Part shown: positions 37,268-52,473 of the stretch, piece after piece
How the letters are laid out: every line of letters starts with the position of its first letter
Position numbering within the stretch: position 1 is the stretch's first letter
Assembly (NCBI RefSeq): GCF_006345805.1
Contig: NC_043007.1
Coordinates: 4,340,001 to 4,404,000 of the forward strand
Length of the DNA stretch: 64,000 bases
Origin: Octopus sinensis
Taxonomy: Eukaryota
Direction: 5' to 3'
The notes under the pieces: generated by a model
The model's input: only the letters and a program-made list of their open reading frames with translations
Database searches by the model: none
Told to the model about the DNA's origin: nothing
Translations under genes and position numbers: made by a program

Positions 37268-39770
37268 GTAAGTGGAATGTTATTTTTCCTTATGTCTTTC
37301 TCTCACGTCTTTATATAATTAATCTGGCAACCCTGGGGAAAGGGACACACGGGCACCAGGGAAGCTAGTTAAGGCGGCACTGGCATCAGCCACGTTCGGA
37401 TGGTGCTCGTTACATGCCACGTACATCATAAATATATTGTCCTCCTTCATGCTACCACAACTGCTCTAATTGTGTGTGTGTGTGTGCATGTGTGTGTGTG
37501 TGCATGCATGCATGCAAGCGTGTGTGTGCATCTTATGTTCGTACATGTGTTTGCTGTGCATGTAATTTAACCATCACACCTGAGGTAGTCTTTGCAAATT
37601 TGAGAACCTGCATTTTTGGAGGCGAATTAAATAATTTTTTGTAAAATTTACCATTCCTCCCATCAGTAACCTTCACCAATAAATTAGAAGTATCTGCCTG
37701 TTGTCAACCAAGTAGACTGAAGCAACCAAAGTAGCGTCCCTTACTTCATGATTAGATATTCTGAATTTACATTAATATAATTAATATAATTCAACATTTT
37801 AATCTCACAACCACTAATTATACTTCTTTTTATATATACAGTTTAAGTATTGATTTTTTTTTTGACTATGTCACAATAGGGATTGCAAAGGTTATAGTGT
37901 TTTGAATCATTTGATATTCATTTAACCAATTTCATATGTCAAACTAGGTTACAAAATGCAGCTGACCTGGGGTTTTTAATTATCTCCGTCATCTCCCTGC
38001 TCTTATATATAATCTTTACAAATAATATCTTACATTAGCATAGGGATTCAAATTTAGGCAAACAATTTAGTTGTTGCCATCAACACCAGAGCTTGTCAAG
38101 TATTTACTTTATGTTGAGTTCTAGATTTATATATATATATATTATATTATTCAAAAAAAAGTATAGTATTAAATATCCATCACAGCTGATCTTACCAATC
38201 GGTTTCGCACAAAGAATACAATGGAATGCTAGGTAACAATCTGATTATATAACTTTACACTCATCAGAGTTAGCCAATATGGAAGGGAATATGGCAAATG
38301 CTCTCTATTGTTGGAGATAGACAAGCACAACCGGTCAGTGGCCCCTGTGAAAAAGGCAGTGAATTTACAGCTCATATTATTCCCACTTCTCAGCAACAGA
38401 TTTTCATAAAGTTTTCCATTGGTATCTTTTAAAGGCTTTAGTTGATCATAAAACTGGAACCTTTTTACTTGTTCGGTTGTTGCCTTTACCATCCTTAAAT
38501 GAATTATATAACCAATTGAGTTTCACTTCAATACCAGTTTTGTTTTCTTTCTTTTTTTTGGTAGCAGTTACATCTTGAAAAATTATAAGTTATTTTCATT
38601 TAAATTTGTTTGGTGTTTTACTATTTTTTAAAATTTTGAGTGGTATGTAATTAGATTTGTACTAACTTCATGCATAGATTCATTTTCATATCAGTACAAT
38701 TCCAATGATGAGCATATTGCAGCTAGATTCTTTGTAAGGAATCTTAACAATGAAGAATTAAATACCATGATAGTTTTGTAAATTTGTCATATTGATAAAC
38801 ATTGTTAGACACAGATTGACCTCCAGAGTATTTGCTAATGTCATTAATGCTACTTATTTATCATGTATAATTTCTGCCAGACAAAATTTATTAGGAATTA
38901 ATTAAAATGTGGTGATTAACATGTGTGGAATATTTTAATATGTGATTACAATGCAAAGATTAAGATTAATTGCATTGGATTGGCAAATTTAGTAGAGAGG
39001 GCTGAGGAAATCCTTTGCAGGAATTAGCTATGAGTCTTCCAGTTCTGAGTTCGTATCATGCCAGAGTCAACTTTATGTTGAGTTCTTTGGGAATTGATAA
39101 AGTAAATACTTGACAAGCTCTGGTGTCAAGTATTTACTCATCCATTGTGATATTTTGACTGTTGTCCAATGTTTCAAATATGTTTTAGCATTGTCATTGT
39201 AGCCTTTTTTGAACAATCACAAGAAATTTCATTTTCACGTAAAACAACTATATTTTGTAGTCATTATCCATAATGTACTCCAAAAACGCTTCAGTAGCTC
39301 TACTTTGCATCGCTTGCAAACTTATATGCTCAATGATCATTAAAGTGCAATGACCTCCACAGTAACCAGATTTCAATTTGGTTTTTTGTTCCTCAGGTAA
39401 TTGGAAACATAGGTTGTTGTGCTACTCATAAAACTTCTTGGTAGTCCAATTATTTGATGAAAAAATACCACCAAAGCAACTTAAACCGTCCAAAGGATGG
39501 GTGCATTTGTTAGTATATATATATATATTTAAATTTTGAAATTTAAAAATAGGATAAAATCTTTATATGAATTTATCAAGTAGTCAGCGTGAAAAACCTC
39601 ATAAGGGAAAAATTTTGACTTTAAGAGTCCCTCATAATGTGAGGCATTTATGTATAGTAATGCCCTTAATATGAATATATATATATATATTTGTTTCAAA
39701 TTTGTGTGAATGTATATAGAATAAAGTTAAAACAGTCTGGTTTTCATGTTTTTTCTTATGCTATTTCAAC

Positions 39771-39810
39771 AAAATTAGCACTTACCTACATAGTGTAGTC
39801 ATCAGATTTC
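39771..39810 (-). ncRNA. Degenerate minimal hammerhead ribozyme motif (PLE pLTR copy 1)
   Basis: gaaat-CTGATGA-ctac.actat.gtag-GTAA-gtgcta-atttt; GAAA core mutated. Confidence 0.5.
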
Positions 39811-40739
39811 AAATGTATTTAACTGACCGTTGAGTTCTTGACAACTTTGGTACCTCTTAGAACGCTCCAACCAGTTGAATTTTTAGAGTATCTTTTTGAT
39901 CAATCTGCATGTTCTTAAACATCACACTTTGCCTGGTGTATCAATATTCTGTGACTTGTTAATGTCTATTAAACCACATCATTAACTGGTTGCTATATTA
40001 TTGCTGTTATTTCCATTCAGAACAGGTGTGAACCTTTTAATTAACCGTTTTCCTTTCATCTTTCTTCCAACCTCATTTGTGTCACGTAGTTTGTGGAAAG
40101 GAAAAATTAGAAACATTTTCTGACCACTTGTCTCTATATGTTCAGTCAATGGAATTTGACAAACATTGGTGTTCTGGATTTGTTGTCTGTGGACTCGTGA
40201 GCATTCTGATAACGCATTCCCTGACTCGCCTATATATAATTCCTCACAATTCGGGCATTTAATGCAATAGGTCAAATTTCTGCTTTTGGAGTTCATATCT
40301 GCATTTGCAAAAATCTGTCCATTTTTTGTTCTAATGGATCTACCTGTATGCATGTATACACACGTTCCACATCTGTTATCATTACACTTGGATACTGTGA
40401 ATGTGTTATCCCATTTGTTCATGTTGAATTTTGCCTTTGATAATAGTTTCTTCAGGTTATGTGGTTACCTTTTGCTTAAGATAAGCGTTTGATTAGTTAT
40501 TACGTTTTATGATTTTTCACTTTGTTTTATAATTGGCAAATTTGTTTTGATGGTGTTAAAAATGGTTTTGATGCAGATTGTGCATTACTAGAAATGGTAT
40601 TGTGTTCCTTTGATGAACAGCAATAATATAACAACCAGTCAATGATGTGGATTAATAAATATAAACAAGTACGGCTGGCAAACTGTGAAGTGTAACAGAC
40701 TAGAATTGTCAACAACTCAACTGTCAGTTAAGCACATTT

Positions 40740-40779
40740 GAAATCTGATAAGTACACTATGTATGAAAGAGCTAATTCT
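40740..40779 (+). ncRNA. Degenerate minimal hammerhead ribozyme motif (PLE pLTR copy 2)
   Basis: gaaat-CTGATAA-gtac.actat.gtat-GAAA-gagcta-attct; CTGATGA core mutated. Confidence 0.5.
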
Positions 40780-40835
40780 GTTAAAATACCATATTAAAAT
40801 GCGTGGAAACCAGACTATGCTTTAACTTTATTCAA

Positions 40836-40888
<53 letters not shown>

Positions 40889-41339
40889 AACAGATGAGAT
40901 TCAGAAATTCTTGATATAGAAAATACTTAGTGATATTCAAATGATTCAAATTCAGACGCCAATGTCTTCACATGTATACATATATATTTTTTGCATATCA
41001 AACCAAAGCCATTATATTTAATTTATCTGCATAATCGCCCCCTCTCTCTTCCTCTGTGTGTGTGTATATATATATATATATATTTGTTGTATTTTGGGAT
41101 GTTGAATTTTTTTTCCTACTCTTCTGTGAAAATGAAAAGTATTGCTAAAGTGGTCATAGTTGTGTGATGAAAGATTTCTGGACAATGGACATGAGTTAAA
41201 GCAAGAAGAGTAATAAACGAGTGAAGAAGAAATATATAGTGTGTGTGTTTAATTGGGGGAAAAAAAACATCCCAAAATACAATATCTGTTTCAACACATG
41301 ATTTCACATCAGTAATCTTGCAACGCAAATTGATAAACG

Positions 41340-41387
<48 letters not shown>

Positions 41388-41767
41388 ACAAAGGAATTTG
41401 TGCACTGAAGAAGCCTGTGAGGATAGCTTAGAGAATCAGGTAATTGTCTTTTAGAAGATGGAGAAAGTGGTTTGCAAGCCTCCTTGTCCTTTTAAAGGGT
41501 ATTCACCCAGTTTTCCGAGTTATCCTCACAGCTTTCATGCGTTCTTGAATTCCTTTATTTTCTGGAGACAACCAAAGATTACTGACACATGCAGCCCTTA
41601 TAAATTGGTTTGGACGTTAAACGATGATGATGATGATGATATATATATTTATTTGTTGTGCAAGATTAAGTTAATGTAAAAAATAAATAACACTGAAGCA
41701 AAATAACACCAAATATATAGTGCGTGTGTTTTTATTGGCTAAACTGGCAAAATGACCATTCCGAAAT

Positions 41768-41825
<58 letters not shown>

Positions 41826-41964
41826 CGGAGTAAGCACATAAAAGTGAAACAAAGTGGAAAAAATAGTAGTCAAATACCAGAAGTAGAGTAATATTCTTTA
41901 TTACTAAAGTTTATCTGTGTGTGTGTGTGTGTGTGTATGTATATAAAATCATTTTCTTTTTTTC

Positions 41965-42225
41965 CTTTTACATGTTTCTGTCATTATACAGTGACCATAC
42001 TGGAGCATTGCCTTGAAAAATTTTTACTAAAATTAATCGATTCCTGTGCTTATTTTTTACGACCCTGCTATTTATTTTATTGGTCTCTTGTAGAACCGCT
42101 AAGTTACAGGAACATCAACACCAACACCAATTGTCAAACGGTGGTGGGGGACAAACACACACACACAAAAAAAAAAAAACACACACACACACAGATGCGA
42201 TAGTCTTCTTTCAGTTTCCATTTAT
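41965..42225 (-). mobile_element. SINE (family A) 3' half, diverged
   Basis: Similarity to other family A copies. Confidence 0.7.
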
Positions 42226-42586
42226 AAATATGAACTTCTTGCAATTTCAACCTACCGAATCCTTTTATAAGTTAATGTATCCATTTATAATCATAGAATG
42301 TTATGAGCAACTATTGCAGGACCAGTTTTTGCTTGTCTGCTATGCTCTGCAATAAAGACAGTTTAAACATACCCCAGTCTCCAATATGCACCAAAACACT
42401 CTCAGTTTCTATGCAAATTACACCCGTAGTATTGACATAAGTTGTTTGTGTTGAGGTAAAACGTATTGATGTCCAAGTTAAAAGATGATCAAAGCAAGAA
42501 TAAAGATATAACTCATATATATATATATTTTTTAATGCCTGTATGTGTGACTCTATTATATATACATGTATATAAGTATGTATGTT

Positions 42587-42637
<51 letters not shown>

Positions 42638-44277
42638 CATGCATGTGCACATGAGTATGCATGTACTTTTGACATAGTAGGGCACCAGTATCAATGCACA
42701 TACATGTGCACACATGCATATATGAAATATGCCTGTGAAATATATAATATATGTAATATGTATATAGTATATTATACACACACACATGTTTATGTATAGA
42801 TATATGATATGAGCAAATCAGTATCATTTTATCACTTTGTAGATTTATTGATGTGGAGAAATGTAGTTGATATCGATATTTTGTAGAGGCCAAATGTACA
42901 GAAAAGATTAAAAAAAAAAAGAAGCGCAAGACAACTAGAGAAAGAAAAAGAGGCAAAAAGAAGCTGTGTGGGAATAGTTTGAAGAAAGAAATCAAAGTGC
43001 AGTGAGTATGTGACCTGATCTTTAGCAAAAGGTCGAATGTGAACGAAGGAGAATAAGGAAACAGGGTTTGTAAGGACAGAGAGAAAGGCTGCAAGGCAAC
43101 GGGGGAGGGTGTAGTTTGTGCAAGAGCAAAGAAATGGTCAAAGCTGTTTAGATTGCAATGATATTTTGTAGTCGGAAGTTCAATATGCCCCAGAACAGCT
43201 TACCAAGATACCGACTAGTTTATATAAATGTATACTGATGTGTGTGTGTGTTAATTTATATGTATTTCATATTATGGTTATAAATTAGGTTTTGTTTTGC
43301 AATTTTTCATTCCAAGTGTGAAAAAAACTGTAAGCCAAAACAAGTTTGTGTGTGTGTATGTGTACACACACACACATATATATATATACACACATACACA
43401 CATATGTATGTATATATGTATACACACAGAACACTAAAAGAACTGAATTATTCATATGAAATATTGCACTTTTGTTGTTGTTGATATACTTTTAGATTTT
43501 TCTTTTTCACTTTTTTCTCTGCTCTTATTTTATTTTGGTTTCATTGTAAACCGATAACTATTCTTTATTTTTGTACACTAATAAATATTTGACTTTCTTG
43601 ATAAAAGAAAATCAGATAAAAAAAACTAAAAAAAAAAACTACTTTTACATCAAGATTTACATCAGTCTCTTGTGAAAAAAATGTATAATTATGAAACCTT
43701 TTATTGGATTAATTAGGAGAAGCATTGGCAACTGTACTCGTTCCACTATTGACCTACACTTCGGCATGTACACACATAAATCCACTCTCATACTGACGCA
43801 AACTTCTGTTTCTGCTACACACGCCCACATACATTCATGTACATCTTCAGTTAGTTATTTATCAGGAGACTTCATCTACAAACACTAAAATAATTGATTC
43901 TATACGCTTAGTTTAGTTTTGAGTCATTATTCTCTGAGTGTATTATTTTTATTAGTATTTTTTTTTTTCACAGTTTATCAATGATTTCTCATTAATTTTG
44001 GATTGATATTGGTTCAACACTACGACTGAATAACAACTCTCGGGTACATTGAGATTGATTACAAAAATACTTTTGTATAGAATTTTGAGGCAGTTTTTCT
44101 GTGAGTTCTATAGATGTTTTGGTGGCACCTTTAAGTCTGGCATCAGCTTTGCCTTCCTTTCATCATTTTTGATAGAGTGATGGTCAGTGAAGTAAGTGGC
44201 ACTCAAATGTTGAGTGGGGTGTTGGTTTAGTCAGCTCTACCTTTCTGCAAAACTCTGTGGCCTTGTGCCAATGCTGC

Positions 44278-44280
<3 letters not shown>

Positions 44281-44333
<53 letters not shown>
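44281..44333. repeat. (CAT)n microsatellite
   Basis: Direct reading. Confidence 0.95.
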
Positions 44334-44334
<1 letters not shown>

Positions 44335-45224
44335 GCAACAGCAGCCTTCATTATTGCTCTTTTTGTTGTTTTTGTCATCATCATTATCATTGTTGTCATC
44401 ATCATCATTCATCAACATCCTCCTCTGGCTCTCAATCCTTCTCTTCTTCATTATCATCATTGTCGTCATCAAATTTAAGTTTATTATTCTGAGTTTGATA
44501 AAATAAAATTCTAGTCAAATGCTGGAATTGATTTTTAATCAACTGCATAACCTCTCCTCTTAATTTCAGACTCTTGTCTAATTTAGAAAATGCTATTATT
44601 ACTGAGAGCAGGGGATTACTGGATTGGTAGTGCACTGGATAAAATATTTTGCATTGCATAATTCTCTTGATTCTGGTTTCAAATCTCACCATGGTCGATT
44701 TTGAGTTTCATCCTTCCAGTCAAGCTGTGAGGGTGATGTCATTGACTGTTTCCCCTACCCCCAGATTTGTGGCATTTTTGCATGTGCTGGAAATAATTAT
44801 TTCTAACATAGGTACAAGGCCAGAAACTTGACAGGAGCAAATTAGTGGATTAAATTAAACCATAGTTATCAGCTGGTACTTTATTTAATTAACCCGAAAG
44901 GATTAAAAGCAAAAATGGTGTTGGTGGGACTTATTTTCTGTCCTTGTTTTCATATACATTTGCTGCTTTCTTCCAAGGAATCTTGTCCTCATAGCTTAGT
45001 TTTCCTTGGGGCTGGCCAGATTGGAGCAATCTCGAGTATAACTAGCCGAAATTGCAAAGATAATCTGGAACTCGACTGAGGATAAAAAACTCCGAATGAC
45101 CCATCCTTGTTTTTTTTGTATCATCTATCTGGATGTTTTGTTGTCCCTTTTTTATATCACCTAACTGTCTGGATGTTTTGTGTTCTTGTCCCATTTTGAA
45201 TTTTTTATATATAAATATATGTAA

Positions 45225-45487
45225 AAAGCACGTAAAAAGGCACGTAAAAAGCACCATCCGATCGTGGCCATTGCCAGCCTCGCCTGGCCTCCGTGCCGGT
45301 GGCACGTAAAAAGCACCCACTACAATCATGGAGTGGTTGGCGTTAGGAAGGGCATCCAGCCATAGAAACATTGCCAGATCAGACTGGGCCTGGTGCAGCC
45401 TTGTGGCTTCCCAGACCCCAGTTGCACCATCGAACCCATGCCAGCATGGAAAGCGGACGCTAAACGATGATGATGATGATGATGATG
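45225..45487 (+). mobile_element. SINE (family B)
   Basis: gtaaaaagcacc modules, core and (gat)n tail. Confidence 0.8.
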
Positions 45488-45590
45488 AAATGTGTGTGTG
45501 TTTGTGTGTGTGTATATATATATATATGTGTTTGTGTGTGTATATATATATATATGTGTTTGTGTGTGTGTATATATATATGTGTGTGTG

Positions 45591-45632
<42 letters not shown>

Positions 45633-45647
45633 ATATACACACATGAT

Positions 45648-45805
45648 GGGCTTCTTTTAGTTTCCGTCTACCATATCCACTCACAAGGCTTTGGTTGTCC
45701 TGAGGCTAAAGTAGAAAACACTTGCCCAAGGTGCCATGCAGTGTGACTGAACCTGGAACCATGTGGTTGGGAAGCAAGCTTCTTTCCACACAGCCACACC
45801 TGTGC
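45648..45805 (-). mobile_element. SINE (family A) 5' half
   Basis: Reverse copy of the tRNA-like head and left body. Confidence 0.75.
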
Positions 45806-46431
45806 CGTTAGAAACAATAGTAATTATTAACGAATATTGAGTTCCCCCTGCTATATTCTGTATTCAAATTACTCCAGAATCATCACCAGTGATGCACTGA
45901 AGAGGATTCACCTATTATATTCCTCTTCCTTACAAAATGTGACTCTTTGTTCAATGTGAGAAATTGCTAATATAAGTAGTAACCCTTAAGTAGGTCATAT
46001 AATTCCAGGCCCTCAAAAATAAAGGAATAGATAAAATATTTTAGAAACTTAATTTATGACTCTTTTACTCTTTTTTCTCTAATTGTGACATTTCAAATTC
46101 ATCCCACTTACAACCCAATTCACCATGTCCTTGTCTCCGGATGCTGCTTTCATCTCTTCAACTGGTGTTGTGGGTGCAGACATGGTTGTGTATTTAAGAA
46201 TTTCTTGCTCACATGGTTCCGGGCCTCATTGCATGGCACCTTGTGCAAGCAAATTTCTTTTAACCTCTAACTTTGGAGTTAACTCAAAATTTATGAGTGA
46301 AATCAGGCAGAAAAAAAACAGCAAAAATCTCTCAGATTGATTGTACCTGATGAGTTATGGTTTCTTGCCTTTCCTCTACCAATTTCACAGTCCCTTCAAA
46401 AATATTTCTGACTTAACGACCCCTTTAGGTT

Positions 46432-46750
46432 ATGAATGACCATGGGATTGCTCCTAGAAACTTCCTCTCCAAGGCACAAGTCCAGGCAAGGCTGTTTATG
46501 GAAGACCAGCATTCACCCAAACGTACCAGCCTCCCCTCTCCATGCCACCCATGTTATCCAAGGGAAAGGCAAAGGGGCTGATACAGCTTGGCACCAGGGA
46601 TGTCACAACTCATTTCTACAGCTGAGTGAACTGGAGCAATGTGAAATAAAGTGTCTTGCTCAAGAACACAACACACAGCCTGGTCTGGGAATCGAACTCA
46701 CTACCTCATGATTGTGAGCCTGATGCTCTAACCACTGAGCTATGCACCTT
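46432..46750 (-). mobile_element. tRNA-headed SINE (family D)
   Basis: Minus-strand head ggtgcatagctcagtggttagagcatcagg...gagttcgattcccag (A/B boxes). Confidence 0.75.
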
Positions 46751-48376
46751 CACAATCTGACTTAGCCGGAAGAAAAAAATGCCATTTCTAGATATTTTCT
46801 TTTTGTGTCTCCGTTTTCACTTATATTCTTTTTATAATGTTTGCTCTTCCAGCTATTCTGGAATATTTTGACCATGTTCTTCATTTGTCTCTTAATATAT
46901 TTTCACACTGTGTTTCTTGTTCTACTGGAATAAATTATTCCCTTAAAAATGACTGCTGTTTCAATCAGATTCTTTAGATAAAGTTCTTTCTAAAGAATTT
47001 CTTTTTATAAAAATCTAAAATTGTCGTAAATTTTATTTATTTATGCTTACTTTGAATTGTTTTATTCACACTTCTCTTCTCTTTGTTTTGAGAAAATGTT
47101 GAGTTCAGGTGAAAACTGATTATTTGCAATAAGTTTCTGAATTCATTTTCTTTATTAAAAAAAAAACAAACAAAAGGTTCCTTAAAAAATACCTTTGTTA
47201 AGAAAGAAAAAAAAATTTGGTGAAGGAGTTAGTTCCCTTCAACACCTCTACCTGGTTTATAAAATTGAAGGTAACACCTGAGCCCGAAGTGTTACATAGA
47301 ATGTAAGAACAGATACAACATAACATACCTACCCACAAATTCTAATGCTACATTTCTTCTATATCTGTTCTTTTACCAAATCACACACACACACAGTCTT
47401 GTCATTCATTTGACATACACTAATTCATTCTACATGATGATGATGGTGGTGGCAGTTGTGACAGTGGTACCACCAATGTTAATGATGATAGTAATGATGA
47501 TGGTAATGATGTATGAGTATATATTTGAAAAAACCCTTTTAAAAAAATGGACCCAAGTGAATAAGCATTTGAAATGAAATGTGATTGGACGGAGTGAAAG
47601 GTTTACAACATGATTCATTCTTGATTGGTTTGGATCAAAATTGATTTGACTGGTCTTGATTAGTAGCCCGAAGAAGTATTTCTTTTTTTTTTCTGTCTGG
47701 ATATTGTGCTAAATAAAGCTTACACTTAAAACTGTTGAAAGATTATGAGACGGAATTAGCATCACCATTGTCATCATTATCAACATGCTGTGTGTCCTAT
47801 GTCTCTGTCTCTTGAAGAATATCAACAAATTTAGTAACATGATGGGATTTCTTTTTATATCGTTCCAAGGTCAGTATAATCAAATACACCGTAGAAGATG
47901 GTGCTCCAGAATGGTCACAGTCTAATGACTGAAATCAGTAAAAGGGTGTGAGGGGGAGAGAATAGAAGGAATATTATATATCCATGTTATATAATCAGGT
48001 TGAAGTACTGAAGCAGCATGTGTGTGTATGTGTGTGTGTGTGTGAGGTAATTATAAATGCAATCACATGTGTTTAATAAAACATGTTGAAGCCCCACTCA
48101 AAAACAACTCAACTAGATTTGATTGGTTTTTGCCATTTTGATCAGTTGTCTACTTGAATTTGTCCTGTTGTGAGAGAAGCCACAGCTTAGAGTTACTTAT
48201 ATAAAAAAAGAAGATGCTATGAGTCATAAGGTGTAGACACCTCAGACAAGTATCTTTTACAATAGACACAAACCAATCAAAGTCTTGTGAGTCAATTTGC
48301 TAGACGGAAACTGAAAGAAGCTTGGCAGCTGTGTTTATGATTGCACTTCTTCAAAAAATAATTTATCCCCAAGCAG

Positions 48377-48470
48377 GTATGTCATCAGTTCCCCTGTTAA
48401 CAGACTGTCTGCTGGTTTTTGCCTTCAAAGACATGAAATAAAGAATCATTTACTTGAAAAAAAGGTTAAG
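48377..48470 (+). CDS. Weak candidate exon YVISSPVNRLSAGFCLQRHEIKNHLLEKKVK
   Basis: Open frame, AAG|gttagt donor, mediocre acceptor. Confidence 0.22.
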
Positions 48471-48944
48471 GTTAGTGACAGGATGGGTATCAGACTGTAA
48501 AATAATGCTTCAGTAATACATTTGGTGAATCCATTCTTTGCAGGGAAAGACAGATGGGAAATTAAGCCAAGGAACAAGCCAAGGAACAATCCACTGCAGA
48601 TTCTTCCTTGTGATTCTGTATTCATTAATGCATTCACATACACATGCTTTCTTTTTCTGTTTTTCTTTCTCATTTTCTATTTTTTTTTGTCTTTTAACTC
48701 TTCCAGCATTCATATATCACTCAAATACAGACCTTCTCAGCAGTTGCTCAACCTGCTAGAAATAGCAACCTGCTATAAAACCTTTTTCTCTTTAAGAAAA
48801 GAGGAAAACAAAAAGAAGGACATATTAGATGCTCTAGTTGTAGATATGCTGTGTCTTAATGAAAACTAGATGGTCATGACTGAAATGCCTTTGATCATAG
48901 TCCTGCTCAATCAGGGGTGGGCTGGAGCTAAACAGCATTGATTA

Positions 48945-49048
48945 TAGTGTTTTCTACTATAGCCTCGGGCTGACTAAAGCCTTGTGAGTGAATTTGGTTG
49001 ATAGAAACTGAAAGAAGCCCATCGTATATATATATATATATAAATATA

Positions 49049-49091
<43 letters not shown>

Positions 49092-49320
49092 TATATATAT
49101 ATAATGTGTGTTTGTGTGTGTGTGTGTTTATCCTGCCACCATCGCTTGACATTCAATACTGGTGTGTCTACATCCCTGTCACTTAGTGGTTCAGCAAAAG
49201 AGACCAACTAAATAAGTACTACACTTAGGAAGAATAAGTCCTGAGGTCAATTTATTTATCTAAAGGCGGTGCCCCAGCATGGCTGCAGTCAAATATCTGA
49301 AACAAGTACAAGAATAAAAG
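48945..49320 (+). mobile_element. SINE (family A), 5'-truncated
   Basis: Similarity to the adjacent full copy. Confidence 0.8.
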
Positions 49321-49366
49321 AATATATATACATACATATATATATATATATTATATATATATATAT

Positions 49367-50983
<1,617 letters not shown>

Positions 50984-51385
50984 ATACATAAACACCCACT
51001 TGCATATATTTCTTATATACTGTATTGCTGTATAGCATATTGTGTCACCTGACTCTCCTTACACATTCACATAGATTGCTTCTTTTCTGCCCATAACACA
51101 ACACGTCTTTTCTTTCTCTCCACCCCTTTGCCTGCAAAACCAAGGGCCACCACCCCTGCACTGATCTTTGCTCTTGTACTCTCGTGTTCTGTTTTTTTCA
51201 TCTGTTTTGTCCTCTTTGATCTGTACTCCATCATTCGATGTTCATGTTGTCAACTTCCTTGTCATCACCAAAGACCTGATGACACAAGAATACATTTAGG
51301 GGCCCTCTAGGGGTCTGGTTTCGAGTGGTGGGTAGATATTTAGTTCAATTGCATCTAGCACCATTTGAAATCAGTACCTCTGCAG

Positions 51386-51399
51386 GTTGCCATGACAAC
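51386..51399. promoter_or_regulatory. RFX X-box-like motif GTTGCCATGACAAC
   Basis: One mismatch to the palindromic X-box GTTGCCATGGCAAC; function untested. Confidence 0.35.
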
Positions 51400-52252
51400 T
51401 AATCTGAATTAATAACCCAGTCTTCTGCTGCCTCTGGGCAGGTTTTCAGAGACCTGCCTCATTCTTTTATCAAACTTTTGTTTCATTTATTACGTTTTTT
51501 TCTCACTTACTTTTCATCTTATTATCCTCTCTCTCTCTTCATTTTATTCTCATCCTCCTCATCCACCACCCTCACTAATCCCCTCTCTTTGCCAGATTTT
51601 CCAATTCCATTTTTTTATTGCTGTTATTACTGATGCAATTGCTTCAAAGTAATTCCTCTCACCTCATCTTTCGATATAACAAACATGGTATTCTCATCAA
51701 GTGTTAACCATATCGGTTTCTTTAGTATTTCTGCCAATACATAACCCATACCATTAGCATTCGACTTCACCAGCATTTTACCATATTCTTCATGTATATC
51801 ACTGGTGCTTTCTTTAATTCCAAACTCACATTTATTCAAGTATTAATTCATATGGCATAGAATCATTCCTAATACTTAATCCATTCATCGAGTCATTTGT
51901 TTACCCCTCACAGTTCTTGTTTTCTTAAACCCTAGTGTTTTGCTTCCTATCTGATTTGTATCATTTGTATTTTCTCATACTGAACTTCATTGATAATCTC
52001 CAGTATTTTCTCTCACTTCTAATCCTTAGAGTTACTATTTTCTCTATCCTTTAATCCATAATTATATTCCCTATTTCTATATCCCCTAACATAACAGTTC
52101 TCTAACTGACAAATACAAGCTCTCCATCCTCAAATATTAGTGAAATTCTTGCCCTCTCCCCCTCTTCTTTATTAACAAGAAGATAAAATGTAGTTTGTCT
52201 TCTGTCTTCATAATGGTATTGGACAAAGTTTAAAAGCACAGAATATTATTAA

Positions 52253-52473
52253 CCCTTTCGTTACCGTATTTATTTTGAGATACTCTGTGTTTCTCTCATT
52301 TATTTTAGATATAACAAAGAATTTAGTGAAATAACTTAGTTATCATTCAGCTAGTGTTAGGAATATTAATTGTGACTAAGGTTTGGTGGAAGATTTTAAT
52401 TCAAAACTTATGAAAACAAGACATTTGTACTACAGAGCCAGAGCTGGTTTCAGCTGGGTTGGTAACTAAAGGG
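52253..52473. mobile_element. piggyBac-type MITE
   Basis: TTAA|CCCTTTCGTTACC ... GGTAACTAAAGGG|TTAA: TIRs and TTAA duplication. Confidence 0.8.

Larger units (their letters stand above)
39719..40833 (-). mobile_element. 5'-truncated Penelope-like element: GIY-YIG endonuclease remnant between inverted pseudo-LTRs
   Basis: ORF 39982-40422 with CxxxRCxxC..MNSKSRNLTYCIKCPNCEELYIGES..HRQQI, typical of the PLE GIY-YIG domain; about 39719-40008 is an inverted copy of about 40615-40833. Confidence 0.85.

Noticed and set aside
51627-51839. 70-aa minus ORF
   Set aside because: It sits in a probable degraded LINE-like tract; no diagnostic motif.
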